In this document: piece after piece, positions 49,061-60,161 of the stretch
Numbering within the stretch: position 1 is the stretch's first letter
How the letters are laid out: every line of letters starts with the position of its first letter
Assembly (NCBI RefSeq): GCF_902459465.1
Contig: NC_047067.1
Coordinates: 10,292,001-10,356,000, forward strand
From: Asterias rubens
Lineage: Eukaryota
Direction of reading: 5' to 3'
Length of the DNA: 64,000 nucleotides
Translations under genes and position numbers: made by a program
The notes under the pieces: model-generated
What the model was told of the DNA's origin: nothing
Database searches by the model: none
Seen by the model: the letters and a program-made list of their open reading frames with translations, nothing else

Positions 49061-49164
49061 GTACGGACAATTTATTCACACTTACACATGTACCATCCCA
49101 CTGGTCATTTTTACTGGTATTTTTTCTCTGAGTTGCCCGGCTTGGCTTGGTGGTGGGTAATGCA

Positions 49165-50566
49165 ACTCTGTAAGGGGGTGACTTTGTAGGGGGGGCGACT
49201 TTGTCAGGGGGTGACTTTGTCAGGGGGCAACTCTGTAAGGGGGTGACTTAGTAAGTGGGTGACTTTGTAATGGGGTGACTTTGGAAGGGGGTGACTTTGT
49301 GAGAGGGTGACTTTGTAAGGGGGTGACTTTGTAAAAGGGTGACTTTGTAAAGGGGCCACTGTGTCAGGGGGGGACATTGTGGGGGGAGGGGGGACTTTGT
49401 AAGGGGGGTTACTTTGTAAGGGGGTGACTTTGTAAGGGGGTGACTTAATAAGAGGGTAACTTTGTAAGGGGGTGACTTTGTCAGGGGGTGACTTTGCCAG
49501 GGGGTGAATTTGTAATGGGGTGACTTTGTAAGGGGGTGACTTTGTCAGGGGGTGACTTTGTCAGGGGGTGACTTTGTGAGGGGAGGACTTTGTAAGGGGT
49601 GACTTTGTCAGGGGGTGACCTTGTCAGGGGGTGACTTTGTAAGGGGGTAACTTTGTCAGGAGTTGACTTTGTAAGGGGTGACTTTGTCAGGGGGTGACCT
49701 TGTCAGGGGGTGACTTTGTAAGGGGGTAACTTTGTCAGGAGTTGACTTTGTCAGGGGGGGTGACTTTGTCAGGGGGGTGACTAAGAGGGTGACTTTGTCA
49801 GGGGGTGCCCCCCCCCCCCCCCCCCTCCAATGGTATGCTGGAATCTCGGACTTAACTCCCATCAAGCTGAATTCAATAATAAACAAAGTGGCAGCCTGTT
49901 CAATCTTGACAACGCCTTGAATCGGGATTTACAAAATAATCCTGCGTCAAAATGGATGTTATGAGCATAATTTCCAGTACCTTCTATCTCTTTTCCCCAC
50001 TTTCATGTGGACTTTATTTATTGGAAATAAGTGCATCATAGGGTAAGGGGGTAACTTTGTAAGGGGTGACTTTGTCAGGGGGTGACCTTGTCAGGGGGTG
50101 ACTTTGTAAGGGGGTGACTTTGTAAAAGGGTGACTTTGTAAAGGGGCCACTGTGTCGGGGGGGGGGACATTGTGGGGGGAGGGGGACTTTGAAAGGGGGG
50201 TTACTTTGTAAGGGGGTGACATTGTAAGGGGGTGACTTAATAAGAGGGTAACTTTGTAAGGGGGTGACTTTGTAAGGGGTGACTTTGTCAGGGGGTGACT
50301 TTGCCAGGGATGAATTTGTAAGGGGGTGACTTTGTAAGTGGGTGACTTTGTCAGGGGGTGACTTTGTCAGGGGGTGACTTTGTCAGGGGAGGACTTTGTA
50401 TGGGGGTAACTTTGTAAGGGGGTGACTTTCTAAGGGGTGACTTATTCAGGGGGTGACCTTGTCAGGGGGTGACTTTGTAAGGGGGTAACTTTGTCAGGAG
50501 TTGACTTTGTCAGGGGGGTGACTTTGTCAGGGGGGTGACTAAGAGGGTGACTTTGTCAGGGGGTGC
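49165..50566. repeat. G-rich 16-17-bp minisatellite (GGGGGTGACTTTGT(A/C)A) in two blocks
   Basis: Blocks at 49165-49807 and 50042-50566; the unique sequence 49826-50041 is repeated at 50576-50791. Confidence 0.95.
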
Positions 50567-50948
50567 CCCCCCCCCTCCCATGGTATGCTGGAATCTCGGA
50601 CTTAACTCCCGTCAAGCTGAATTCAATAATAAACAAAGTGGCAGCCTGTTCAATCTTGACAACGCCTTGAATCGGGATTTACAAAATAATCCTGCGTCAA
50701 AATGGATGTTATGAGCATAATTTCCAGTACCTTCTATCTCTTTTCCCCACTTTCATGTGGACTTTATTTATTGGAAATAAGTGCATCATAGAACTCAATA
50801 TGACCTTGGAGACCTTTTTAACCGAGTACCGAAGCTCAAATATGCTTCTGGTCTGGCCAAATAACACCCGCATATCTGCTGCCAGCCAAATATCACTCAT
50901 AGCTCTCCTGATGGTCTAGATTTACAAACTGCTTTCCTCATCCAACAG

Positions 50949-51170
50949 AGGCAAAGAAACCTGATGGAATCTCGTAGGGCTGTTCTAGAACAGCGCTCCG
51001 CCGTAGAGCTAGCCGAGTTCCTCTCGCCCAAAGTCATCAGGAATGGTGAGGAGCAGGGTAGACTCTCTGGCTCTATAGCGTGGAGATTGGCCAGGGGAGA
51101 GACAAGGGGTGATACAAGGGGTGATACACTGCCGACGAATGAGGAAGGCGTGGCTGCAACAGCATCTGAG
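50949..51170 (+). CDS. NGLY1: NGLY1 exon 9
   Basis: [28 protein letters not shown]...[16 protein letters not shown]...ATASE; conserved GR.SGS.AWR.ARGE; donor GAG|GTAAGA. Confidence 0.94.
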
Positions 51171-51507
51171 GTAAGACAACAATTTTTTTTGCATTTTCTA
51201 AACATCTTTCTTTTAGTCACTCAGTGTCCCAGGCTCTCTGATATGGCTAGTTTCCTGTGCCCAGTTTCATATAAGCCGTTATGCAGAAAATTCTGTTCAG
51301 CAAATTTCTTTGCTAAGCAAAGAATTATCGTGGTACCAGTTGCATCAAGGGTAACTGTATGGTGTTCTGGCTGGTAACCTTTTTTTGTTAGCAAAGGTTT
51401 TTTGTGCTTAGCAAAGTTTGGTTCTTATACATGTAGGCAGGGCCCAATTTCACAGAGCTGCTTAATCACAAAAGTTAGCTTAGCACAACCCAATATGCTT
51501 ACCAAAA

Positions 51508-51915
51508 ACCATCTTTTCAAAATTCTCAATAAATCTCAAACTTATTTACCCTGTCTGCATCGATAGTGTCTTCGGTAGTCCGCCCCACACCATTTATGCC
51601 CATCATCTCGCTGAATTTGTTTTGACCCCAATTCTGAAAATTTGACCATGCCGCCATGGCAGATTTATTTTATTTTGGACCCAAAACCTAAACTTTCAAA
51701 ATTATCAATACATCTCAAACTTTTGCTTATTGTTATATTCTGTCTGCACTCCTAAAATGTCTTCAGTAGTCCGTCCTACAGCATTTAAAACCATAAAATC
51801 ACCAGAATGTTTTTGACCCCAAATCTTAAAATTTGACCATGCTGGTATGATATATTTTGTTTTGTTTTGGGACCAAAAGCCTAAACTTTCAAAATTCTCA
51901 ATAAATCTCAAATCG
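51508..51915. repeat. Diverged 2-monomer cluster of the same 189-bp satellite family
   Basis: AAAATTCTCAATAAATCTCAAAC, AAAATGTCTTCAGTAGT and CCCCAAATCT.AAAATTTGACCATGC match the main array. Confidence 0.75.
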
Positions 51916-52588
51916 TGTCCAGTGTCATAAACCATTTCGGCCATCTTTTGTAAAGATGAGATGTCACAGGTAAAATTGGGTAGGCAGCAGGCACAATGCT
52001 CCAAAGAGATGACATGGGCAATTGCCTCCATGGCCCTTGTCATTACCTTGGTGCCCCTCTAAATGTCCCAATAGAGCTTTACAATCTCCCCATGGCAATT
52101 GCCTCCATGCCCCTCTGCTGCCCCTCTAAATGTTCCAATGGAGCTTTACAATCTCCACATAGTCGAAGCCCTTCACTGAAGAGAACCGCCTTGGTGCCCT
52201 TTCCCTTTCCAGACCGAGGCATCCGGCCTATGCCAGTGTGATTAGATGACTGGGTTTACTCTAGTACAACCACCTTTCATGACCCCATCAGTGGTGCCAT
52301 AAATGCTCACTAGGTGTCCAATTAACTGAAAGAATCTCATCACAGGCTCGGACAGAGCCAAGGGGAGAGCAATTAAGAACTCATCATCATGATGCTCTAC
52401 ATCAACCTTGCTCTTAGTTTTTTTTTTTTTAAGTAGCCAACCGAGCTAGTAATCTCTTGGTTTCACTATGGTTTAACTTGCCCCCAGGGAAATTTTAGTA
52501 GCCCTGATTTTAAACACGAATTCTGATTTTAAACATGTATTGTCATAAATGAATATTTCTGATGCATTAGGGCACAATGGTAGCAATA

Positions 52589-52802
52589 AGCCTATTCGGA
52601 ATTGCAGCTGCGCATGTCTGTTACTGCTGACAACGCAATTTGTCTATCTCCCGTGACCATTTGACAATCGGGTATTGTCAAATGGTCACTGGAGATAGAC
52701 AAATTGCGTTGTCAGCAGTGTATTGTCAAATTGGTCACTGGAGATAGACAAATTGCGTTGTCAGCAGTAACATACATGCGCAGCTGCAATTCCGAAGTGG
52801 CT
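52589..52802. mobile_element. Palindromic MITE with TA flanks
   Basis: Inverted arms of about 75 bp around a 5-nt spacer; TA|AGCC...GGCT|TA. Confidence 0.75.
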
Positions 52803-52971
52803 TATCACAACCAGTATAATGGGCAAACAAAGTTACACTCAAACACTAACAAATAAATTATAAATACATTTAAAAAATTAATTTTTTACATCTGAATAAA
52901 AGAAATATGAGCATTTTTAATAAGTGGGTTGCACAGTTTTTAGTAGCCCACGGGGCAAGTTGAGAGGTGGT

Positions 52972-53391
52972 GTTGCAATTCTAGAGCAGTGTCAAACCAA
53001 CAAGACCATCGAGATTGCCCGGTGGCTAGATGCAGTTCAAATGCTATGTTAAAGCAGCGGGTACTGCAAACGAATTAGAGATGTTAAATTTGCATTGGGG
53101 ATAAAGCATTATCATTTATGGTTTTTACCCACATACACCGATGTGTGTTAGCACTGTATACTAAGTACTTCCCCGAGTTCTGTGAAAAACAAATCACAGG
53201 CATATTACTCGGGTGGGATTCGAACCCATGACCGTTGCAATTCTAGAGCAGTGTCATACCACCTAGACCATCGAGATTGCCCGGTGGCTAGATGCAGTTC
53301 GAATCCTATGTTTTAGCAGTGGGTACTGCAAACGATTTGAAGATGTTAAATTTACATCTGGGATTAAAGCAATATTCATTTTGGTTTTTAC
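52972..53391 (-). mobile_element. tRNA-derived SINE-like unit in head-to-tail tandem (about 1.6 copies, period about 262 bp)
   Basis: A-box-like GATGGTCTAGGTGG and B box GGTTCGAATCCC on the minus strand; 52972-53128 repeats at 53234-53391. Fragments at about 40058 and 47082. Confidence 0.72.
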
Positions 53392-53924
53392 AAACAATTT
53401 TGCATGTGTGTATTTTGTGCACCACTGGCTTATTGTGAAAGTGTGTATGTGTTTTGCATTTTAAAATAGTATCATCTGTCAAAATTCATTTAGAGAAAAA
53501 AGTCTGAAAAAGATTTATGAAAGTCAGAAAGAAAACAAAGTTTTACCTGAACTCATTCATTGCTAGTGGGTAGAAGCCCATTTATTCATGATAACTCGAG
53601 TCAATAGAGGGGGTTCTCACTTCCTACATTGGCCCTCGTGTCAAAGTTCAGTAAACAAAGAAACTCACTCTCCACCCCAGTGCAGTGGGTTCCTGTATAT
53701 GACAACAATGCAGTCATGCACACATTGCTGTTATATTATGTTTGATGTGGTGTGTATGTGCCTGAAGCCATGGTGTGTGTACCCCATGCAGTAGTGGTAG
53801 TGTGCCAATGTTATAGTGCTTTTTTCTATGGTGACACTGTGTGTAGCCTTTTGTTGGAGTAGAAATTGAGTGGAATTCACCCAAGTCCTCACGATTTTAG
53901 CAAATTCTTAGCAACAACAACAAA

Positions 53925-54179
53925 ATGCCCAAATCTAAGCTTTTCTATGGAAAAAGGAGGCGATTTACTGGGAACCAGCACACCGGTCCAATTGCAGTGC
54001 CCACCAAGCAACCAGGAGGGGTGAAGAAAAGTCGCAGTTTTCGTCAGAATGATCAGACTGTTGAGCGAGGGAGCTACATGGGCGAATCTGCAGTGTCTGG
54101 GTTTGAGCTGAGAAATGTCACAGAGGTAGTGCAATGTTATTACGCCCTCCAAACACAAACTGTAGAGGGTGTCCTTTAA
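53925..54179 (+). pseudogene. Possible N-terminal fragment of a DNA-transposon protein, ending at a CCTTTAA terminus
   Basis: MPKSKLFYGKRRRFTGNQHT start resembles the basic F.GNQ(H/Y)T leaders I associate with Mutator-like/Kolobok transposases; the stop coincides with GGGTGTCCTTTAA. Recognition from memory, not searched. Confidence 0.35.
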
Positions 54180-54235
54180 TGCATGCTTCAGCCTTTGCTT
54201 GATGAAACCATAGATGACACAGTTAGACCATGTTT

Positions 54236-54540
54236 TAACACCCCTATGCTCGCTCTGACACTGCTAATGTATTTTCTTGTATCAAAACCAGAACCCCGAC
54301 CCCAACCCTAACCCTGACCCCACCCCTAACCCTTACCCAGCTAGTATAGTGTGTAAATCACAAGGGGTTGGGGGGGGGGGGGGGTGGGGGCTATGTATCA
54401 TAACATACATGGTCCTTGATGAACCAGTTACACCAAGTTCTAACACACCTATGTTCTGACACCCCCAATGTATTTTTCTGTATCAAAACCCTAACCCTTA
54501 CCTTGACCCCATCCTTAAGCCTATCCCTAACTTTAACCCA
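54236..54540. repeat. Duplicated unit of about 200 bp with degenerate CCCTAA runs
   Basis: AACAC.CCTATG...TGTATCAAAACC followed by AACCCTAACCCT, twice; a similar module lies at about 62540-62680. Confidence 0.65.
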
Positions 54541-55475
54541 AAGGGGGGGGGTGCCTAAACCAGAACTTAGGTTGGACCTTAAAAAGTCACCTTCAAATCT
54601 CTTGAAAGCTGGATGAAAATTACAGGCTCTGAAATGTTCTTATAACCTTTTTAGCAGTGGTGTCATATTGCCAAATAATGTGCATCAGTCGGCTACATAT
54701 GTACCTTGCAATAAGAAAATCCCTGTAAGCATGTGAGCATGTCTACCTGTTGGAACCGAGGTCTTTAAAGGGAAGGTGTACTTTTGGTAATCACTCTTTA
54801 AATTGATGGAAAATAAAAACTTAGAACAAAGTATTAGATAGTATAAAGCATTTTGAGCATCATTTTGCTATAAAGTAAAGTAAAGTAAGCTATGAGGATT
54901 GTTACTGTCAGTTCCCAGATTAATTATTCAAATTACGGATTATTCTTATTGCGTGGACATAATCGCTTCGGATTGGTGTCAATATTTGTTAAACTCGAAC
55001 ACCTCAGATACAGCCACACCAAAACTGAGTTTAGAGTAGAGATAAATTGGTTCTTTTTATAATACAAACAATTACCCTGACCATTTTTATATCAGCATAG
55101 CCTTTCATGTTTTTGATTAATTTATATCTGAAATTCAATAGCAAGCCCTCACCGCCTTTGAATTTCTTTTGCCCTGGTATGCCCCTCCTCGTAAAAAATA
55201 AAATAAAATAATATAATAATAATATTCATAAAAAAAGTAAAAATAAATGGGGAAAAAATTGTGTGGGCCTGACGTGGCTAGAGGCGTTCAGAGATGACAT
55301 GTTTCTCTCTTGCGAGTGAAACATTTGTTAGTTGAAGGTGTTAGCAGTCAGTACCGATGTCCTTCTATCGCCTGTCCAGTACACAGTGTCCTTCTAAATG
55401 TCCTTCTAAAATTTAACGCCTGTCCATAGTGTTCAGATCCTTGCAAGCTGGGGCTGTTTCTTAAAGGGAACATCT

Positions 55476-55868
55476 CTAAAGGCACTGGACACTATTGGTA
55501 ATTACTAAAAATAATTATTAGCATGAAACCTTACATGGTAACGAGTAACGGAGAGCTGTTGGTAGTATAAAACATTGTTAGAAACGGCTCCTTCTGAAGA
55601 AATGTAGTTTTCGAGAAAGAAGTACATTAATTTTCAATGAATTTGATTTCGAAACCTCAGAATTAGATTTTGAGGTCCTGAAATCAAGCATCTGAAAGCA
55701 CACAACTTCATGTGACAAGGTTTTTTTTTTGGGGGGTTATTATTATCTTGCAAGTTTGTTGACCGATTGAGCCTTAAATTTTCTGGTTTGTTATTCATGC
55801 ATAGGTTGAGATACACCAAGTGAGAAGACTGGATTTTGACACTTACCAATAGTGTCCAGTGTCTTTAA
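55476..55868 (+). mobile_element. TTAA-flanked MITE family 1, full length
   Basis: CTAA-AGGCACTGGACACTATTGGTAATT...TTACCAATAGTGTCCAGTGTCT-TTAA. Confidence 0.88.
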
Positions 55869-56423
55869 AGGGAACACCTTTAAAGTGAACATCCATTAAG
55901 TATTCTAGTCTGCTAGTCAGAGTAAAATATTAATAGTGTATAGATTTCTGATTGGTGGGAAATAGTGACATACTGCATGCTTAGTTCATAGCACACAACA
56001 CTTTATACTCCATAATTCTCTGAAAGATTGATATCTTGCTAAAAATTGTATAATCACTGAGCTCCCATATTGAAACTTGCCTTTTGTGAAATATTGACCA
56101 GCATTGTAACAAAGTTTGCTTCTCTATTGCTAATTCAGAAACTATTGAAATTAGTGGGTGCAGGGTTTTTATTATATTTTTTATTTTTATTTAATTTTTT
56201 AAATTTTGTTTTATGCAAGTCACCAGACACACAAGGCTTGCTGAAGGCCACTTCAAGGTGTGGGCTATTCTTTCAGGGGCCGTAATTGCCACCAACTCCT
56301 GGGGCTGAAACAGTGTTACCCCCCTTTAAATTTGGATGTAGACTTGGATATCATCCATCAGAAGCGTGGCTGGTTGAGCAGAAATCACTAACTCCCCAAC
56401 TTTTATATTAGCCATCATCGTTA

Positions 56424-56531
56424 TGTGTCTTGCTTAAGGACACAAGTGTCACGACCAGGACTCGAACCCACACTCTGCTGAAACACCAGAGCTTGAATTC
56501 GGTGCTCTTTACTGCTAGGCCATGACACGCC
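56424..56531 (-). mobile_element. tRNA-derived SINE 5' fragment
   Basis: GTCATGGCCTAGCAGTAAAG...GGGTTCGAGTCCTGG, followed by GTGTCCTTAAGCAAGACAC. Confidence 0.65.
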
Positions 56532-57162
56532 ATAGGGGTGGATCCAACTGGACTTGTCTCCGCCAAGATGTCACATTATCTCTTAAAATAGTCCCAACAG
56601 ATCTTACCGTGCACTTCAGTTATCCTTGAATGGGATCCGGTTTTTGTTTATATAAATATCAATGATGTTTGTACAACGATAGTTGCTGCGATAAGTAAAT
56701 AACGAGGTATGACTTTGCAAGTGGTTGAAATAAAAATGAATAATTCTCCCTTCAAACATTGATGTGAGTGATGCATCAACATTTGGTTGCTAAAGGTCGT
56801 GATGCAAACATGGTTAGTGTACATTCTTCATGTTTAAAGGTTATGGAAGGGCAACTCTATTCCAAGCCTACACACAAAAATACCCATTGTGGGTTAAGCT
56901 TCCAAAAAACACACCACAACAGTTTCTGGATTTTTTTCCAGGGTTTTTGTGTGGGAGTTAAAATTGTCAGCGTTTTCTTAAAAGAGTGATGTAGTTTAGA
57001 CCAATGAATGAGACCAACACTGTCCATCTGAGATCGAGACCAGTCTCAAGATCTTTTAAAAAGGATAACAAAATAAAACCTTAATTGAATGTAGGTTTTT
57101 GTAATCAATTCTGTTGAGTTTTTTCACCTTGTATCAAACCTTTATTAGTTTTAACATTACCG

Positions 57163-57993
57163 CTGCACCGCTGTTCAGAGCTCTACATCGAGTGCCAATT
57201 AGTTTTGCGCATGCGCGAGATTTTCAGAAAGTCCAACATGAGATGAATTATTCATAGCAGTGACCCCATCGCTGTTTTGTGCATGTTTCTATGACTTTAA
57301 CAGCGAGACCGAATGACGTCAACGATGAGTTTTGTTAGACTGTTGTGAGTAAAATTGAATTTCCCTGATATTAAAACAATGTTTGTTGTAGAGGAAAATT
57401 ATTATTTTATCAAATTATTCCGTTTATATAGCAGCAAACCCTCTCTGGAATTATCAAAATCAGTGGGATTCCACCGACGTTTTTCTGACGCGGCCTACAT
57501 GTTTCACATACAAACTTAACAAACGCATACACTGCACAATGTTTATACAATGTGCACACGTCACAAAAAGCGCAATTGCCCAATGCTTGTGTACATTACC
57601 CTTGATAAAAATTCTTCACCAGAACGTCGTCATGTGTTACAAAAATAAACAGGGAATTGTTTTCAAAGGGTTTGCTTTCTCAATTTTGAGTGGAAAACAT
57701 CAGTTGTTATATATTTCTTACGTGTGAGGTCTATTTCTCAACAAGAAAATTCACATTACGTAGATTTTGAAGGATCAATTCGACTCAAAATCCGACCATC
57801 GCAACTAACTTCATTGCATATTCATGTTTAGTTTTCCATCTTGGCTTTTAATTGGTCAAAAATCGCGATGACCCCAGATCGTTTTCAACGGTTGAAAGGC
57901 TATGTTTTGTTTACGATTTTGACTCAAGAGGGCGCTCGTCAACAATTTCCCACATGCGCAAAACTAACTGTCAGCGAGTAAGCAGCGGTGGCT
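57163..57993. mobile_element. Degenerate TIR element
   Basis: CACCGCTG...TTAGTTTTGCGCATG on the left is mirrored by CATGCGCAAAACTAA...CAGCGGTG on the right. Confidence 0.5.
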
Positions 57994-58599
57994 GGTATGG
58001 ACACAAACAGAGTTATATCACAGATTGTCTTAAGTCTCATTTTTTTTAAACTTCCCAGTGTTGATAAACAATGCCGTGCTGGTTGGCATGGACAACCGAA
58101 TGTTGGCAAAACATCATGTTAACCAAATTTAAATATTTTATTTGCAAACTTTCCATGAAAAAAATACCTCCTATGCTGATTTTGCTTTGTATCCAACAAA
58201 TTCCAAAATATTTTTGAATAGTTGTATGACATTGTTACAAACTCTGGCCATCCATTTTTGTTTTGCATTTATGGCTTTCCATAGTTTGCAAATCGCGGTT
58301 GGCAAAAACTCGGGTTGTGACGTTGCAAAAGTAAGGCCATGACTCTGAAACAAAGGGCACTTTGTTCTATAGACAGTAATGCACAAGATCTCAGAGCAGG
58401 GCGCCCTAAAATAGAGGTAAAAAGAAGGTTGCCTAACCAGGCGCTGCGCATACAAACCTGTGCATTGTGATTGTTAAATCATCGTTTTACCTCCATGATG
58501 GTGGCTTGATGACATCAATGCATAAGGAAATCATGACTGATGTAGTGTCGCACCTTTAACCTGTTACTCTCTCTCTCTCTCGTTCTCTCTTAACACTAG

Positions 58600-58779
58600 G
58601 GTTATGTCTTCAAGTTGACTCCAGGGGAGACGTCCCAGAAGTGCTTGCATCTCAAGTACTGTCCCGCCTCCGATAAGTACATCCGCATATCCAGTGACAG
58701 CCAGCAGACAAAGGATTATCGGACTTGTGTTTATCAAAGCCAAAATATCTATCGCAAAGAGGAGTACGACTGGAATATG
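58600..58779 (+). CDS. NGLY1: NGLY1 exon 10 (PAW domain)
   Basis: GYVFKLTPGETSQKCLHLKYCPASDKYIRISSDSQQTKDYRTCVYQSQNIYRKEEYDWNM; long CT tract before the acceptor, donor ATG|GTGAGT. Confidence 0.93.
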
Positions 58780-58899
58780 GTGAGTGTGGGCGACTGATTA
58801 TTTTACTCAAAATAAAAGTTGTCGATATGCTATACGGGGTTTGAATATTAGGTGATTGTGGGCGTGTGGCACTGCTGGAGCAATTGATACAACACTTTC

Positions 58900-59648
58900 A
58901 ATGTTTGCGTTTTTGTACTATAGAAGAGGAGGATTATTATACAGTAACTTTAGCGGGTGATGGTGCAAGTATGGTAATAAAGTTATCAATGTTTATTATG
59001 ATTTTTGATTTTGAGCCACAAAGAATGGGAGGATTTGAGTAATGTATGGTTGGCCAGTTGATGGTGGTGTAATTAATACAGCAATAAAGTTATCAATATT
59101 TGTACTACAACCAAGAGAACTGGATTAAGGTGAGTTTGGGTGGGTGATGCTGCTGCAAAGGCAGCAATAAAGTTATTAAAAATATGCTAATTGTACAACA
59201 ACAAGAAGGAGTAGGATTTGAGTAACTTAAGTTTGGGTGGTTGATGCTGGTGTAATGATTACAGCGACAAAGTTATCAATATTTGTACTACAACCAAGAG
59301 AACTGGATTAAGGTGAGTTTGGGTGGGTGATGCTGCTGCAAAGGCAGCAATAAAGTTATTAAAAATATGCTAATTGTACAACAACAAGAAGGAGTAGGAT
59401 TTGAGTAACTTAAGTTTGGGTGGTTGATGCTGGTGTAATGATTACAGCGACAAAGTTATCAATATTTGTACTACAACCAAGAGAACTGGATTAAGGTGAG
59501 TTTGGATGGGTGATGCTGCTGCAAAGGTAGCAATAAAGTTGTTATTATATGCTAATTGTACAACAACAACAAGGAGTAGGATTTTAGTAATGTAAGTTTG
59601 GGCGATTGATGCTGGGGTAATTGATATAGCAATAAAATTATCAATATA
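58900..59648. repeat. 183-bp tandem repeat built from two subunits of about 90 bp
   Basis: ACAGCGACAAAGTTATC at 59261 and 59444; AATAAAGTTAT recurs about every 90 bp. Confidence 0.9.
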
Positions 59649-59736
59649 TGCTTTGCCTAAGATGTTAGAAACTCAAACAGAACTCTTTCTGAGGTCAACT
59701 GAAGATCTCCCATTGGTCAGTAGTTTATATGGCGTG

Positions 59737-60161
59737 CAGGCCTGTATGCCTCGTCTTTGAAAGGGCAAGGGCACCAAGGCATTTTCTCCTCGGTAAAAGG
59801 CACCCTGTGAGGAAATTGTAAGTTTTTAATGTAGCATTCCAAAGGCACCATCTAGATGATAACGGGATCATGGAGGCAATCGCATCAGTTGCCTCGATGA
59901 AGTATCAGGGCCCAATTTCATAGCGCTGCTTAGCAGCCGATTTTGTGCTTACTGTGCAATTTCTATTTCATAGCGCTGCTAACCGTAAGCATGCTAGCCT
60001 TCTGGTGCTTATCGCATGAAAATAAATGACGTCACAATGCAAATCCATGGTAACACACAATTTGGCCGCCCAATTTTTCTGCTAACCTGTGAAATACGCT
60101 AAGGCTTAAGCAAATTTTTCTGCTACAGTTAAGCAGCACTATGAAATTGGGCCCAGGACTG
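59737..60161. mobile_element. CAG...CTG-ended element with a 6-bp TSD (hAT-like), hosting the Harbinger-like MITE
   Basis: GGCGTG|CAGGCCTG...CAGGACTG|GGCGTG once the inner MITE is removed; related sequence in reverse at about 52015-52232. Confidence 0.7.
59909..60153. mobile_element. PIF/Harbinger-like MITE with CAG target duplication
   Basis: TIR GGCCCAATTTCATAG / CTATGAAATTGGGCC; CAG at 59906-08 and 60154-56. Truncated relatives at about 39822 and 51441. Confidence 0.85.

Noticed and set aside
54296-54540. Interstitial telomere
   Set aside because: The CCCTAA runs are short, degenerate and part of a duplicated repeat module.
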